Below, piece by piece: positions 13,423-27,082 of a DNA stretch of 64,000 bases. The translations under genes and the position numbers were made by a program. Each line of letters opens with the position of its first letter. Positions within the stretch are counted from its first letter, which is position 1. The stretch lies in NCBI GenBank assembly GCA_951406725.2, contig OX597816.1, forward strand, positions 151,404,001-151,468,000, written 5' to 3'. The DNA comes from Octopus vulgaris. Taxonomy: Eukaryota. A model generated the notes under the pieces. That model worked only from the letters and a program-made list of their open reading frames with translations. It had not been told where the DNA came from and made no database searches.

Positions 13423-15566
13423 GCGCACGTGTGTGTGGGTTATGGATGGGTGGGAAGGATAGGTACATTAAGAGTTCTTTATTTTGACATTCTTTGTAGT
13501 AGATAAAATAAAGTCAGCTAACATAAGCGGTTGAGTATCTCTCCTTAAATATGTGGTTTAAGGTCACGTTAGAAAAAAAAATATCGGCAGAAAGTGACAT
13601 GACAATTCGAAATGAGTATCAAAAAAGAATCGCTCGTGCCGTTGAAGGCTTATGGTGTGACGCTGTTATTTTGTATAAATAGCAACCGAGTGTTCATGAA
13701 GAAGGAATATTTTGACGGGCAGTAGGTCAGGCTGGGAAGAAAAGGGAGATTAAGAAATCTTAAAGGTTCTTTTTACTACTTTAATGTCATGTCAACTGAT
13801 GTGTTTGTGTTTCCAGCATGTCATTTGGCCGGTTACGTAGGCGGTTCAGTGTTTTATTTTATCGTTTTATTTTCTTATTGATGGACTTTAAACTTAGTGA
13901 GAAACGGCTGCACGTAGCACTGTCGACGTTAGACCGAGAGATAAGGGGAGAGGCAGAGACATATAGATACACGTTATAAAGAAATGTATGAGAGAGATAG
14001 ACAGAGAGAGGAAGAGAGAGATGGATAAAATAATAAATAACAGAGAGTAGTAGAAAAGACATTGACTGATGGATGATAATAGGGAAATATAAGAGAAACA
14101 AAGAGAATGAGAGAGTGACCGAAACGGAGAATGAAAAAGTATAAGCAAGAAGTAATAGCGACGGAGAGATAGTGATAGTCAAAGAGATATGGAGAATGAT
14201 TGAGAGAATAAATGTCAGGGAGAATGCAAGAATGAGAGAGGGACGAGAGAGATAATGTAAAGGAGGAGAGATATAACTATGATTGTGAGAAAATGAATCA
14301 CAAGACACAGAGTGAGTGAATGTGAGAGAAGGAAATAGAAATAAGAAGTGAGAGGAGTGATAGCTAGAGAACGAGCGAAATAAACCACACAGAGACAGAG
14401 AAGGGGAGAGAGGGAGAAAGAAAGAGAGAGAAGTATACCAATGTGAGAGGACGTGTGACAATAGGCGACGGGGGAAGGGAATGAGACAGTGGTTAACAGA
14501 GAAAAGGATAAGGGTTAGAGATAAAAGTGAATAGAAACATATATCCTCCCTCCCCCCAATTATAGTGCAAGCTGCACAGACGCTACAATGTAAATGTATT
14601 TGAAAAACACATTTCTATATATGTATGTGTGTATGATGAGTATTAATTTTATGTGTATTATACTTTTGTTAGGAAATTATTTCTCTGTGCATGTGCACAT
14701 GCACACACAAACACATACACCCATACACACGCGCGCCTGTGTGTAATGTGTATTTATCAATATTTTTGCATCAATGTGTCTGAATACGTGTGTATTATGT
14801 GTATTTATTTTTTAAAAATGAGATTTTTCTGTATGTGTACGGAGTGTGTTGGAGGAGATGCATTTACGTGCATGTGTGTGTATGATTCATGTCAGAAAAA
14901 AAAAAAACGTTTAGTTTTATATTTTAAACCAAGGGAATAGAAAATTAAATAAGCAAATGAAATAATTTATATACCACAGATAACGAACCTAATCTACTGA
15001 TTTCATACAAATACAAACAACGGATCCTCTACGCTACGGCTGAAGAACCCCTTGACCGAAGAGGAAATTTCATTCGCATTGACATTTAAAACTGCTTCTT
15101 TATGATGTCCCTGAAAAGCCGGCTATCTTTTGAATTTTGTATGTCTCCCTCGACGCGATTTGAAGCTCAGAACATGTAAACTAAATACCCTAAGAAGTTT
15201 TGTTCAATGTCATTTTCAGTTAATTTGATAATGCCCCCCCCCCCGCCACCGATAATTTGTACACAATAATAAATGAATAAAAATTAGTGGAATGTGACAG
15301 AAAGACTGACCACTTGATTTCATATGAATGCAGTAGTGTAACGCAGGTTTCCGTTCGTGTTGATTTGCAGATTCTCTTCATAGCTCTTTTCTGTTTTCAC
15401 TACTTTGATTTTCTTTTGGCTTATTCTCATCTTGTATCCCTCACATACAGTGGCACAATAAGCTTGCTGAAGTATACACTATTGCCAAAAGAAGTAGAAT
15501 AAAGTTTTTACGTGTGTATGTATATGTTTATATGACACTATGTATATAGTTAACATATATATAGTT

Positions 15567-15624
<58 letters not shown>

Positions 15625-15628
<4 letters not shown>

Positions 15629-15822
15629 ATCCAAACATGAAAGCACAAAAAAAACACAACAACGCGAGGACGTGGAACAAATATAGTATTATTGGACGCT
15701 CAGGAAAAAAGGAAAGAAGGAGGGTTTAACGTTTCGAGCGGAGCTCTTCGTCGGAAACATAGAAGGAAAAATCCAGAGAAGGGAAGACAGAGGGCAAAAA
15801 ATCGCCAACGGTACACACGCGG
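15625..15822 (-). mobile_element. Penelope-like pLTR fragment beside (TA)n with minimal type I hammerhead (core U-to-C variant)
   Basis: Minus 15759-15724: UGUUU CCGACGA A GAGC UCC GCUC GAAA CGUU AAAC; homologous to 38597-38797. Confidence 0.7.
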
Positions 15823-16101
15823 TGTGTGTGTGTGTGTGTGTATGGATCAAAACATTTTGATTCAAATTCGTTGGTATTCGTGAGTTTCAAGCGTGATGCT
15901 TTTCGTCAGTCATTTTGAATGCGTGTATATGTGTGTGCATGTATGCGTATGCGTGTATATATATATATATATATAAAACTTAGTTGGAAAAGGATGCGTG
16001 GCGTTCGATCATATAATAATATAAATAATATATAAATTTATGCATAAATACATACATATATGTACATACCTACATATATATGTATATATACATGCATATA
16101 T

Positions 16102-16340
16102 GGGTACAGGACATAAAAACAACGTCGAACACCATGAGAAACGAAAACATAAAAACAAAAACATAGAAAACGAACATTTTTTTCGAACAACGAAAAAGCA
16201 GAGAAACAAGACATGCAACATAAAGAACATTCCCCTTCATCAGTTGTCCCTGTTTCATCTAATCCGCGTTACGAGGGTAAGGACAATACGCGACTTCGTT
16301 GAAACAGTCCTTCCTGCAAATCAAATTAAATAAAATATGG
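16102..16340 (-). mobile_element. Short microsatellite-adjacent retroelement fragment, possibly Penelope-like
   Basis: Adjoins TA-rich repeat; minus strand has UGUUUCA/UGAAACA pairing and CUGAUGA-AGGGG. Confidence 0.4.
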
Positions 16341-16749
16341 GATTTTATTTAATTTGTTTTCTGTGACTTTTTTCCGTGACTTTATTTCCTGTGACTTTTT
16401 TTTTACCTGGATTCTTATCGACTACCATTCCCTGTCATTGAAACCCAATTACACTTATTTTATTAACCAGGATGACCTTAGTTCAATGATGTTGAACCAA
16501 TGACACACGATGGACTTTGTTAAAAATATTTTCCTGCAATATCATGCGATAAAAAAATATCTTGCTAAATCTGCCAAAGAAATTGAAAGCTTTAACATAT
16601 CAATATTTAAAAATTGCATACAGCACTTTATCTAAAGCCTGTAAATTAAAGTCATGATCAACGAATCAGCAACCTAATCAACCAAGTGTAGGCTAACTTG
16701 TCACAGATGTATGATTTTTGGTATTTCTTTTTTTTATTTCGTGATTAGA

Positions 16750-17290
16750 CTGCAAAGAATATATATCCCAACAACTAAAGCGAAATACTCCCAAACAGAG
16801 AACTTATTTAAATGCTTCGCATTTAGTAGCTACAAGTTTGAGTATTTCTCGAACTATCATTGATTATGAAGATTCGCTAAGTGATACTGAGTTTACTAAA
16901 GTAACTTTTGCTAAATATGTGTAATTTTTATTTTATGACTTTCATAATTAGCTCTAGGTCTGTTTTTAGCAGAAATTCTCTTTAAAACAGTTATGAAAAT
17001 AAAATCTAATCGAGAAAAGTAAATTCAAGAAGACTTAAATCCTGGCAACTTCTTTATTTGTGTTGAAGCAACCAGTGATATTACATAATTAACTTGATAA
17101 GTTATTATTGCACGATATTTTCACAGAGATTCAATTCGGAAAGTGTTGATTAAGTTAGAGAATTTGCTTCGTGATTTGTTGTCAGTGTTTTGTGAAAGAC
17201 ATAGATTTCTAAAAATTAGTTTCGGTCACGACTGAATGCATTCCAAATCGAAATGTAGTCCAAATTCTTACAAAACTACTTTTAATAATT
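16750..17290 (+). pseudogene. Highly decayed hAT (Buster/Spin-like) transposase fragment
   Basis: Fragmented translation ..EATSDIT..VIIARYFHRDSIRKVLIKL..KLVSVTTE resembles DESTD..QL.IF.RY..EELL.L..KLVSITTDGA; many stops and frameshifts. Confidence 0.5.
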
Positions 17291-17798
17291 TTGTCTTCAC
17301 GTATTTACTAGGAAAAATCGAACAAGGGATGTAGAATGGGTAATGATTTGAGCGCTGCTTGTGTAGCATTAAAACCTACGCTCTAATCTCTCTCTTAAAA
17401 CAACTGTCTTCTCGATCTCGGCAACTAAAAGTCACTAAGGTAGAGATAATTTTATGCATTTCGTTTTACTATACCGCTTAATATTTTATAATTTCAAGTT
17501 ATATGTTATCAAACTGTTAGAATAATTGACCGCTTATCTCTATCCATCTAAAATTAGAATATATGTGTACAAATGTGACACTCCAATAGTGGAATTATTT
17601 CAAATTAACTTCTGACATGTCGGGTTAAAAAGGTTTACTAGTTGTTTACTTTGAGCGATTCAAACCATGTGAAATTTATTGCCAGAATAAATGTTTAAGC
17701 CGGATAAGTGAAAAAATATTAAATGGGATGAAAATGTTCGTCGGGAATAATCAAATTATATGTGTATAGTTGTCTTATGAAAGTGAGTAAAATTATAT

Positions 17799-18012
17799 TG
17801 GTTTCAAATTTTGGCACAAGGCCAGCAATTTTGAGGGAAAGGTGTAAGTCGATTGCATCGACCTCAGTGCTCAACTGGTACTTATTTTATCGATCCCGAA
17901 AGAATGAGAGGCAAAGTCGACCACGGCGGCATTCGAACTCTAAACGTAAAGTGGGAAGGAATGTCGCTAAGCATTTTGTCCGGTGCGCTAAAAGTTCTGC
18001 AAATTCGCTGCC
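17799..18012 (-). mobile_element. Nin-domain-like tRNA SINE
   Basis: Reverse complement of the 36790 family. Confidence 0.85.
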
Positions 18013-20396
18013 TAAATATTGGGGTGGGGGAACATTGAACCTGTTTTAGTTTAAGTAATTTAGTTTGATGTTATCTGCAGTTTGTTTTTTACTGTACAAT
18101 TTTTAAAAAGTGCTGTTAGTTTAGGGTTTCCGTTATTTTGAAAGTTTGCCGTAGTTCACAGCTCAACTTCTCTTGCTGGGAAATTGTGATAGTGTTCCAC
18201 TAAAAGGATCATTTGACTGTCATTTTAAGTAGCAAAAATAGTTGACTACTGGGGGTCCTTCTCAAAGGGATGATCGTGAAAACGCAAAAGTCTGTACGTA
18301 GTGATTCAATCTGTTAGAAACAGCAGCTAAATTCCTTTAAATTTCATTTGACCGTATTAAAAAAGGAAGCAGTCTATTTGATAATGTAGTCTTTAACGTA
18401 AAGGAATGCCTTTGATTATAGACCAGTTCAACCAAGAAGCTAAACAACAGCAATAAGAACAATATTTCAATTAATTTAATTTGAACATATTTCCATTAGT
18501 GCCTATTATCCCATCATTGGACGAGAGATTGTTAACCAAACACAATCTTTCATGAGGAATCTATCCCGGAAGTTTCAGATCAGCTCAGATGGAAACAATA
18601 CCCAACATTGCTATAACTACATCGTTCGTTGGCATTTTTGTGGTACAGAAACTGGAAATTTCTTGTTCTTGTCATTTATATATCTTTAAAGATCTTCACA
18701 CTGCAGAAAGTTAAAAATTCATTAGCCCATTAGCTATTTCAATTTAAAACGAAATATGTGGACATTGTTCGTTGAAGAAAATAGCGGCATTAACTCTGAT
18801 GTGTCATTTTATGATAGAGGGGCAACACTGAAGAGTTTTTATCAAATAGATAATACACGCAAGTGCATGTTGATAACGAATAAGACGAGTGACGCCTTTC
18901 AAAAGAATTTCAATGATTTCTAAATACATCACAGTAGTAAGTGTATCAAACGGCTTGTGGAGTATCTCAGGTATTTGAAAGTCCAGATAAACTACTAAAC
19001 AATGTGTTTGGGGCATAAAAGGGAATGGGGTCACCACAGATTTTTTCCAGTGCTTATTTACCATGACGCAAATGGCTATTTTGTAGAAAACTTTTTAACT
19101 CATTTCAGCTTGAAAGCTGCGGTCGTGCTGGGGAACCACCGTTGAAAAAAAGAATGAAAAAAGTGTGTTGAAAATTTGTATTTTACCTGTAAATAATTTA
19201 CTTATATTGCCTATTACTGTTAGGTGTCAATTAAATCAAATTAAAAACAGGTTATATTTAATATAGCTGAAATTATCTAATCTGGAGGATAACTTATGAG
19301 ATAACTTGAATTTTTAATTTAATATTTCACATTCAGCTCTTAGTATGTTTTAATATCTTGTCTATTAGACAATAGACGGACAGGTTAGACAATTGACGAA
19401 CTTGCTGAGCTGTACTCATGGCATCAGTCAGTTTTAATCCTGTTTTGGTCACCTGAGGTTCGTGGTGATGGTAACGTAGAATTCAGAGGTAATCCAGAAG
19501 TCTACCCACTTCTATATTTCCCAAACTACCAATACGAAAGCCAACCCACTGAAATGTAGAAAAATTGAGAAAGTACAAATTGTATTTATAAATCGTCATG
19601 TGCACAGTGAACAACGAGAATCAAAATGATGACTTATTCATTTTCAATATACTCGAGACAGATTCGAACGTGAATATCTTAATCGCTATTGTATTTCGTC
19701 ATTGAAGAATAACTTTCTTTCAGATGAATGTCTTCATAACACACTTGATTCATTAGCGTAAAGGGACTTTGTGACATCCGGTGTTTCGACAGCATTGTGT
19801 TTCCTCGCCCAAAGCTATCTTGGACTAAAGAGTCTAACAAGTGATTATGGCCTCTTGTTTATAACTTCAGCAAATTAATTATAATAAACAAACTGTATTA
19901 CACTTACAATATTGCATAGATATGGCCTCATCAATGTTCATTTTCCGAATACGATTACTCGTGGCCGGAGCTCAGATATTAATCAATCGACGGAACTTTC
20001 AGAACAAGAAAAAATTACCGTTTCGAATCCGCATCCGACAGCCTTTACCTTATAAATAAATAAATAAAAATAACATGTTTGTGTTTATGACAAACTCATT
20101 GTCTTTTTCAGTCCCACAAAATGTTCCCCCATTTCTAATTAATTTACGCTTTCTCTAACATATATTTAAACTTATGGTTCTGTCGATTTTCTCTGCTTTT
20201 TAAAATTTCTTATTCTCAATTGACTAAAGCACGCATTCGTTATTTATTGTAAAATTCATGTTGATAGGGTTAAATACGTTATCAGGCAAAATTTGATGTC
20301 CTAATCAACACGAATTTCACAAATTTATTTATATTCTCAGTACTGAGTCTCCTTCTTCAGTAAAAATTCTGTTGTTATTCTTAAACTTGTTTTAAA

Positions 20397-20572
20397 GGGA
20401 TGGTTTCAAATTTTGCCACAAGACCAGTAATTTTGGAGGAGAGGCTAAGTTGAGTGCATCGACCCCAGTGCTCAACTGGTATTTATTTTATCGACCTCGA
20501 AGGATGAAAGGCAAAGTCGACCCCGACAGGATTTGAACTCATAACGTAAAGACGGACGAAATGACGGTAAGC
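20397..20572 (-). mobile_element. 5'-truncated Nin-domain-like SINE with 12-bp TSD
   Basis: ACTTGTTTTAAA at 20385-20396 and 20573-20584. Confidence 0.9.
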
Positions 20573-21159
20573 ACTTGTTTTAAAATAATAGCTTCAGTTT
20601 ATATTTACAACTTAATCAGTTAATATCAATTCAGCTGAAGATAGTAATCTATCAGGTCTGGTCAAAGAAAACACCATAACATACAAACAGCGCTAAAAAA
20701 AAGAACTTCAAACATTAGCTTGCGTGTTAAACGGCGAGCAGCCAGGTGAGACGAAGAGTTACTGAGCTTCACTGAAGCTTTACTAAACAATGTTCACAGA
20801 AGGTTTTTCTGGAACAAATTGCTTTATTGTTTATTCAATGAAGCAAGAAAGATCTGATACACCAGATCTTACTTACACCACCATATATAAATATTATATA
20901 GACAATTGTAGTAAATTACTTTTTTAATATATTTGTTGTTCCAGTCGTTGCTATATTCATGTTTTATGTATTTGTCCAGGTTTTTAAAATCAGTAAGATA
21001 TACATTAACGATCATTCAATGTCTCGCATGACTGGTATCTCACAGAGCCTTTGTCAGGAGCAATTGGCTCTAGACGAAATCAAGGTAATAACTCAGGCTG
21101 AACATAAGATTTTATGGGATAGAAAATTACAATTTCATACTGTTATTGCTTACTTCTAT

Positions 21160-21395
21160 GGCGGCGAGCTGGTAGAAACATTAGCAAAAAGGCGGCGAGC
21201 TGGCAGAAACGTTAGCACGCCAGGCAAAATGCTTAGCGATATTTCGTCTGCCGTTACGTTCTGGGGGACGGGGTCGACTTTGCCTCTCATCCTTTCGGGG
21301 TCGATAAATTAAGTTCCAGTTGCCTACTGGGGTCGATCTAATTGACTGGCCCCGTCCCCCAAAATTTCGAGCCTTGTGCCTAGAGCAGAAAAGTA
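21160..21395 (+). mobile_element. Nin-domain-like SINE with duplicated head
   Basis: GGCGGCGAGCTGG(T/C)AGAAAC occurs twice, 31 bp apart, before the body. Confidence 0.85.
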
Positions 21396-21520
21396 TATTG
21401 TTTATTTCTCTTTATCATGTATCATGGACAAATTTGCGCAGCCTCGGCGAGACTCCGAAAACATCTTTCAATAGGAACAAAACAAACTATTCTTTTTTCA
21501 ACAGTATATATCTAGACCGC

Positions 21521-21820
21521 GAAGGCGCGTATTTTAGTGGTTAGAGTATTTAGCTCACGATCACGAGTTCGATTCCCGACGGCACCTTGTGCCCATGAGC
21601 AAGACACTTTATTTCCCGTTGCTCCAGTCCACACAGCTGGCAAAAATGAGTAGTACCTGTAATTGAATCACGCTGTGTCACGCTGAATCTTTCTGAGAAC
21701 TACGTTAAGGGTACTCGTGTCGGTGAAGTGCTAGACCATTTGTACGTTAATTTCACGAGCAGGCTATGCCGTTGATCGGATCAACTGGAACCCTCGTCGT
21801 CGTAATTGACGGAGTGTCAG
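21521..21820 (+). mobile_element. tRNA SINE sharing its 3' half with the OK-like SINE at 44751
   Basis: A/B-box-like TAGTGGTTAG and GAGTTCGATTCC; tail GAACTACGTTAAGGGTAC...CCCTCGTCGTCGTAA..GACGGAGTG. Confidence 0.8.
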
Positions 21821-22360
21821 TTTCATATTAACAACACACAGATAAACTTCAAGTCGTTCAAATTCTAGGACTTACAATCTCCCATGAGCTTACAATACAC
21901 ATTTGCAAATATATTATTTTTCGTGTATAACTTAGTCATAGGAAGAAACACCAACGCTTATGAACATTTCACAGATTCTATGAGATCGTGAGGAGGGTTA
22001 GAATTTGCGAAAATGACCTTCGTTTTGGGACCAGCTTGGCCTTGATTAAAAAAACAAAAAAAAAAACTTGACCAAGACAAGCATTAAAGTATAGCTCATA
22101 TATCTAGGACAATGTTACTGCTAACACACACAAACATTCTAGACTGCATCAAAAGAATGTCATTTAATTGATTGCCTATGAGTCAGTCACTATCGCACTC
22201 TAGCTATTTTCATCCTGTGGCTATTCCTATCATTTTCCAGCGCTCACTTCAAGCTCTCACCAGTTTAGGAGGGCTTACAAAGCTGGGAGACGTAACCCAC
22301 CCTCCTCTAAATAACTATATCTGCTTGTGCACACACACACACACACACGCACACACACAG

Positions 22361-22521
22361 AGGAGTGGCTGTGTGGTAAGTACCTTGCTTATCAATCACA
22401 TGGTTCCGGGTTCACTCCCATTGCGTGGCACCTTGGGCAAGTGTCTTCTTCTATAACCTCGGGTCGACCAAAGCCTTGTGAGTGGATTTGGTAGACGGAA
22501 ACTGAATGAAGCACGTCGTAT

Positions 22522-22553
<32 letters not shown>

Positions 22554-22745
22554 ACACATATGTGTGTGTGTTTGTCCTCCTACCATTACTTGACAACCAA
22601 TGCCGGTGTGTTTACGTTCCCGTAACTTGGCGGTTCGGTAAAAGAGACCGACAGAATAAGTACTAGACTTACAAAGAATAAATCCTGGGGTCGATCTGTG
22701 CTCCAGCATGGCTGCAGTCAAATGACTGAAACAAATAAAAGAAAA
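22361..22745 (+). mobile_element. CORE-type tRNA SINE (OR-like) with internal (CA)n/(TG)n
   Basis: GGAGTGGCTGTGTGGTAAG...GGGTTCACTCCC..GGCACCTTGGGCAAGTGTCTT; tail GCTCCAGCATGGCTGCAGTCAAATGACTGAAAC. Confidence 0.85.
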
Positions 22746-22792
22746 AATATGTATATAAGTGTGTGTATACGTGTGTGTGTGTGTGTGTGTGT

Positions 22793-22849
<57 letters not shown>

Positions 22850-23176
22850 CATAAGATTATAATCCAAGCTGTGTCCTCTTGAAGCAAATTTACTTATTCC
22901 AGTACCCCACAATTGTATGTAGAGGTTATAATTGTGTGAAACATGCATGAGACTTGAAAAATACTGGAAAATATTTTTTGCAGAGTTATTACATATCAAA
23001 ACAGGAGATTGGAAACATTTTGGTATTATTTACTCACTATTACACGTGTTTCATTTGCTCACAGGAGGTACAAAATTGTACATGTAGGAGAAGCATAAAA
23101 TATCTTCTTTCAGAAATTTTACAGACAGAGAATCAAATAGTATTATTTACAAACACACACACACACGTACGTACTT

Positions 23177-23360
23177 ATGTATGTATGTATGTATGTATGT
23201 ATGTATGTATGTATGTATGTATGTATGTATGTATGTATGTATGTATGTATGTATGTATGTATGTATGTATGTCATGCATGCATGCATGCATGCATGTATG
23301 TATGTATGTATGTATGTATGTATGCATGCATGCATGCATGCATGCATGCATGCATGCATG
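23177..23360. repeat. (TATG)n/(CATG)n compound microsatellite
   Basis: Direct reading. Confidence 0.95.
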
Positions 23361-24121
23361 TGTATGTATATATAGTCCAATCTTTCATAAACTGCTGGAT
23401 ATGTTTTATAAACGACCAGCGTTTTGTTAGCTTATTTTGGCGAGCAGACACCACGAAATCCCACCATTGTTATATAATTCAAATCTAGAGAAAGCACTGC
23501 TAAGTCTCATGAGGGTATTCTCTCAGAAGTCAGTATATACGGACAAATGAATTAATTTTACATAAAGATTTGTAATTAGTCATGCTCTAAAATGACTGTA
23601 GGGGGTATCAGGGAGAAAGCAGAGAGTAAACATGATAGTAGATACGAAGTGGAATAGAGAAATCATTGAAACCCAGAAAAAAAAATGCACGAGAACTGAC
23701 GAAATATTTGAGATAAGTGGTGGGGATATGGCGGATGAAGGAACAGAGAAAATCATTGGAAGAAAAAAAAGAAAAAAGTGGGGCAATTTGGAAAGGAAGA
23801 AGAAAAATGCCAAGAGAGAGAGTGAGGGAGGAGGAGAGGATGGGGAGAGAGGTGGGGAGGGGAATATAGGAAACAAAGGAATAGAGGGAAAGACGAGAGA
23901 GAGAGAACAAAGAAAAGAATTAGGCGCTGAATAAAGTAGTTGAATAACATGGGTTGGAAATTTTGTCTTTGTTTTTCATTAAACTGCTATTGTTATGTTT
24001 CCCCCCCTTCTTTTCGTAGCACAAGCTGCAGTTCTTAGAATATGGTTTTTATTTTAAAAGCCTGTACTTTTATTAAAACTGTCTAGACTCTCCTCCCTGA
24101 TGAAGCTGATGTTTATCATTG

Positions 24122-24186
24122 AATGGAGGCAGACGATAAAAAAATACGAAGGAAGCCTTCGTATTTTTTTATCGTCTGCCTCCATT
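24122..24186. repeat. Perfect 31-bp inverted repeat with 3-nt loop
   Basis: AATGGAGGCAGACGATAAAAAAATACGAAGG-AAG-CCTTCGTATTTTTTTATCGTCTGCCTCCATT. Confidence 0.95.
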
Positions 24187-24959
24187 TCATTGCATAATTT
24201 TTTTTCTTTTCTCTTCCTAATTTTATTTTTCTCATTATTTGCCAAGAATTTCATTCAACTTTTTTTTTTACTATTCTTTTCAGCGGGAAAGCAATCATAA
24301 AAAAAAGTCAATGTGAAAATTGTTCGTCGGAGAAATTATGAACTTCAACGAACATTTCCTATTTGCATTTCAATCACTTTATTGCATATTAGAAAAATCT
24401 ACAAGATGCAGAAATAGTATGGAAGAGTAGATTTCCAAGCGGAATTTCTTCAGGCGAACCCTTAAGTCTGTTACTGAAAGAAAAAGTTGTCTCTGAGGTA
24501 TGCCAGAACAAAATAAAGAAATAGGAAGCTGAAATAATAATTAAAAAATTATGTAAGCATGAGAAATAATAAAATATTCAGCTCACTTCAAGAAATTGTC
24601 TTTTCCTTCATAGATTTTATCATATTTTTATTCTGCACTTTTAGTTTCACAACAAAATAAACTGAAGCAGAAAAGTTCAAATAGAAAGACGTGGCTTATG
24701 TCGCAGCTGTCTTGCTTCTGAATTTCTTTATTTGCTTATAGGGGCATACATAGAAAAGACAGAATAGGGTAGGGATAAAACAAGAACAGTCTTACACAGG
24801 GCTGGGGTTACAATCATGATAAACTGGAATAAATCGAGATGATAAATCGAACATTAAATCGAGAAATGGAAATGTGAATAAAAATATAAAGGTTAAAAAT
24901 AGAGTTCTTGGGTTTTATTTAACCCGACGGTTTTTCCCTTTTTTTCTTTATCCTTCGTT

Positions 24960-25870
24960 CTTTTTTTCGCCTTGACCGGCTACACTTGCACGGCCCCATT
25001 CGCTGTCAGCTTCCTTACAATAGTTATCCGTCAATTTTCGAACACACTTTGAGGCAGGCACCTTTTCTCCAGACAGATCTTTCTTAACAGATCTTAGTCG
25101 AAATGACTTACCAACCCGTGTCCGGAGATGAAATAGCCTGTCTCAATTCCTTTTGCACGTGTCATCCTTACTGTATCTTTCAGTATGGCTACTACGCAGA
25201 CAAAAGATGCCTTCCTTTCCTTGTTAAAGGAAAAAGGCAGTGCGATCTTAATCAAGGACTCAGTCGAGGGTCGTACTCTTTCCGCATCCGACATCAGTTG
25301 TTCGACATAGGTTAGCAATTCCCTCAGCTCTTCACAATGTACGAAGGCGTGCGCGACAGTTTCACTGACGCGCCCGCACCTCGGGCATGTGGGAGAGGTG
25401 TCAAACTCGTGTCTCGACAACTTCTCTGGAACCGGCAAGGCTGATCGATAGCACAACCAAGCCAGGGATTTCTAGAAGTTATCCAGATACCTCGGCCCGA
25501 ATGTCCTTCCTAACAGGCTGGTGAGTTGTTCCTCATCGAAGCCTAGAGTCTTCCCTAGGACGTCGTCGGACTCATACTCTCCCAACCCTCTATAAAAATC
25601 CACAGTGGTAACCTCGCTGCCGGTATTGCCCACCCGAGAGAAATGAGTGAGTGCTTCTCTGCACTCCTTCCGCCATTCTCCCATTCTATCCATGTGCCTA
25701 CGTCCCACAGGGCCGTCAATTGTAGAAAAAGGAGCTTGACATGCGGTGACCACACCTGTTCACTATCAATTCTGTGTGGCCTGGGGTCGTCGAGGAAACA
25801 ACTCTGCTTCCGCTTCAGGCCAGGCCACGTGCATTCAAGCAACCTATACGTAGTGTAGCCATGTCAAAAA
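24960..25870 (-). mobile_element. L1/Tx1-clade LINE ORF2 3' fragment (zf-RVT), disrupted
   Basis: LAWLCYRSALPVPEKL..TCPRCGRVSETVAHAFVHC is the CCHC zf-RVT motif; GC-richer than flanks; stops and frameshifts. Confidence 0.85.
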
Positions 25871-26227
25871 CTAAAAATGAAGGAAAGTCGAGATTACCTG
25901 CTCTTTTATCTTTCGAGGGGGATTGTTCTCAGTACTACTGAGACCTGTTCTCCCCCTCCCCCACTTCCTCCATTCCAGGCTTGGTTCTACAGGCGGGTTA
26001 AACACTTTCGGGAGTTCTTTAAGTTCCGCGATTTCTTTAGGGTTCCTTCCCTTTAGTTCCACGTACAACTTTCAGGAAATTCTCCGGATTGTAACAGGAC
26101 TTCTGCTGTTGCTTTTAATTTACAATGAAGTTTGTTAGTGGGGTTTAATAACCCCTTCTAGATATTTGTTGCTGATTTTGAATGCCACTATAGTGGTGTT
26201 CGTTTTTTCAGGGACATACCTTTATAT

Positions 26228-26313
26228 ATATATAATCAAATGTGTAGTATATATATAATTATATAATTAAATGTGTAGTATATATATAATTATATAATTA
26301 AATGTGTAGTATA
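26228..26313. repeat. ~33-bp AT-rich minisatellite, about 2.5 copies
   Basis: ATATATAATTATATAATTAAATGTGTAGT repeated. Confidence 0.8.
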
Positions 26314-27082
26314 TAAACAAGCAAACATATATTAAATACACAGGCGGACAGAAAACACAGAAGGTCACCAACTCCACATCAGTTATCGGCCAGAGAGACA
26401 AACGCAATTTCGGTCATTATCAATATATATATATGTTTGTATGCATGCATTTACTACAGTCGTCACTCGCAATGGTGTTTTAGGTTCCTATATTGTGGCG
26501 AGCTTACATGAACGCTCTCTCCTATCCCTGACCTTGCGAAACTTACAGGATTTGACAGCTGAATGGAAAGAAGGCTACTCCAGTCGGTAGGATGGGACTC
26601 ATTTTAAGATGAGTAGACTGGAGTAACGTGAAATGAAATGCCTTGCTCATGGACGCAACGGTCCAGGTATCGAACCCATAAACTTGTGATCGATATGCTC
26701 AAGTACATACTGACAAACATAGTTGGATAGATGATTCGATGGACGTGTGCATATATGTGTGTGTATGCTAAAGGCTCTGCATCCTTTATATATTATTCAT
26801 AACGATGTATTAAGTAAAAATGTCAATATAGCAATTCCCCACCTCTCCCATGGCATTCACCATTACTTTAATTTTCTTATGGTTACTGAACAATATGATT
26901 ATTGTAAATGGAAACGTGCTGTCGCATGTATATCATGAGGCTGTCATTTCCAAAAGTTGCTGCCGCTAAATATTTCTTTATCCAATATCCATTGTTATCA
27001 GAGATGTTAGATAATTTCTACTAGCTTCGGATGAGGATTTCCTTTGTTTTTTCCTTCTTAGTCAACTTATTGAACAACGGAT

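Noticed and set aside
18804-19064. Minus-strand ORF as a transposase remnant
   Set aside because: Only a faint WK.ICGD-like resemblance across frames; not enough to call.
24090-24130. CTGATGA next to the perfect hairpin as a hammerhead
   Set aside because: No GAAA after a stem II and no UH site in register.
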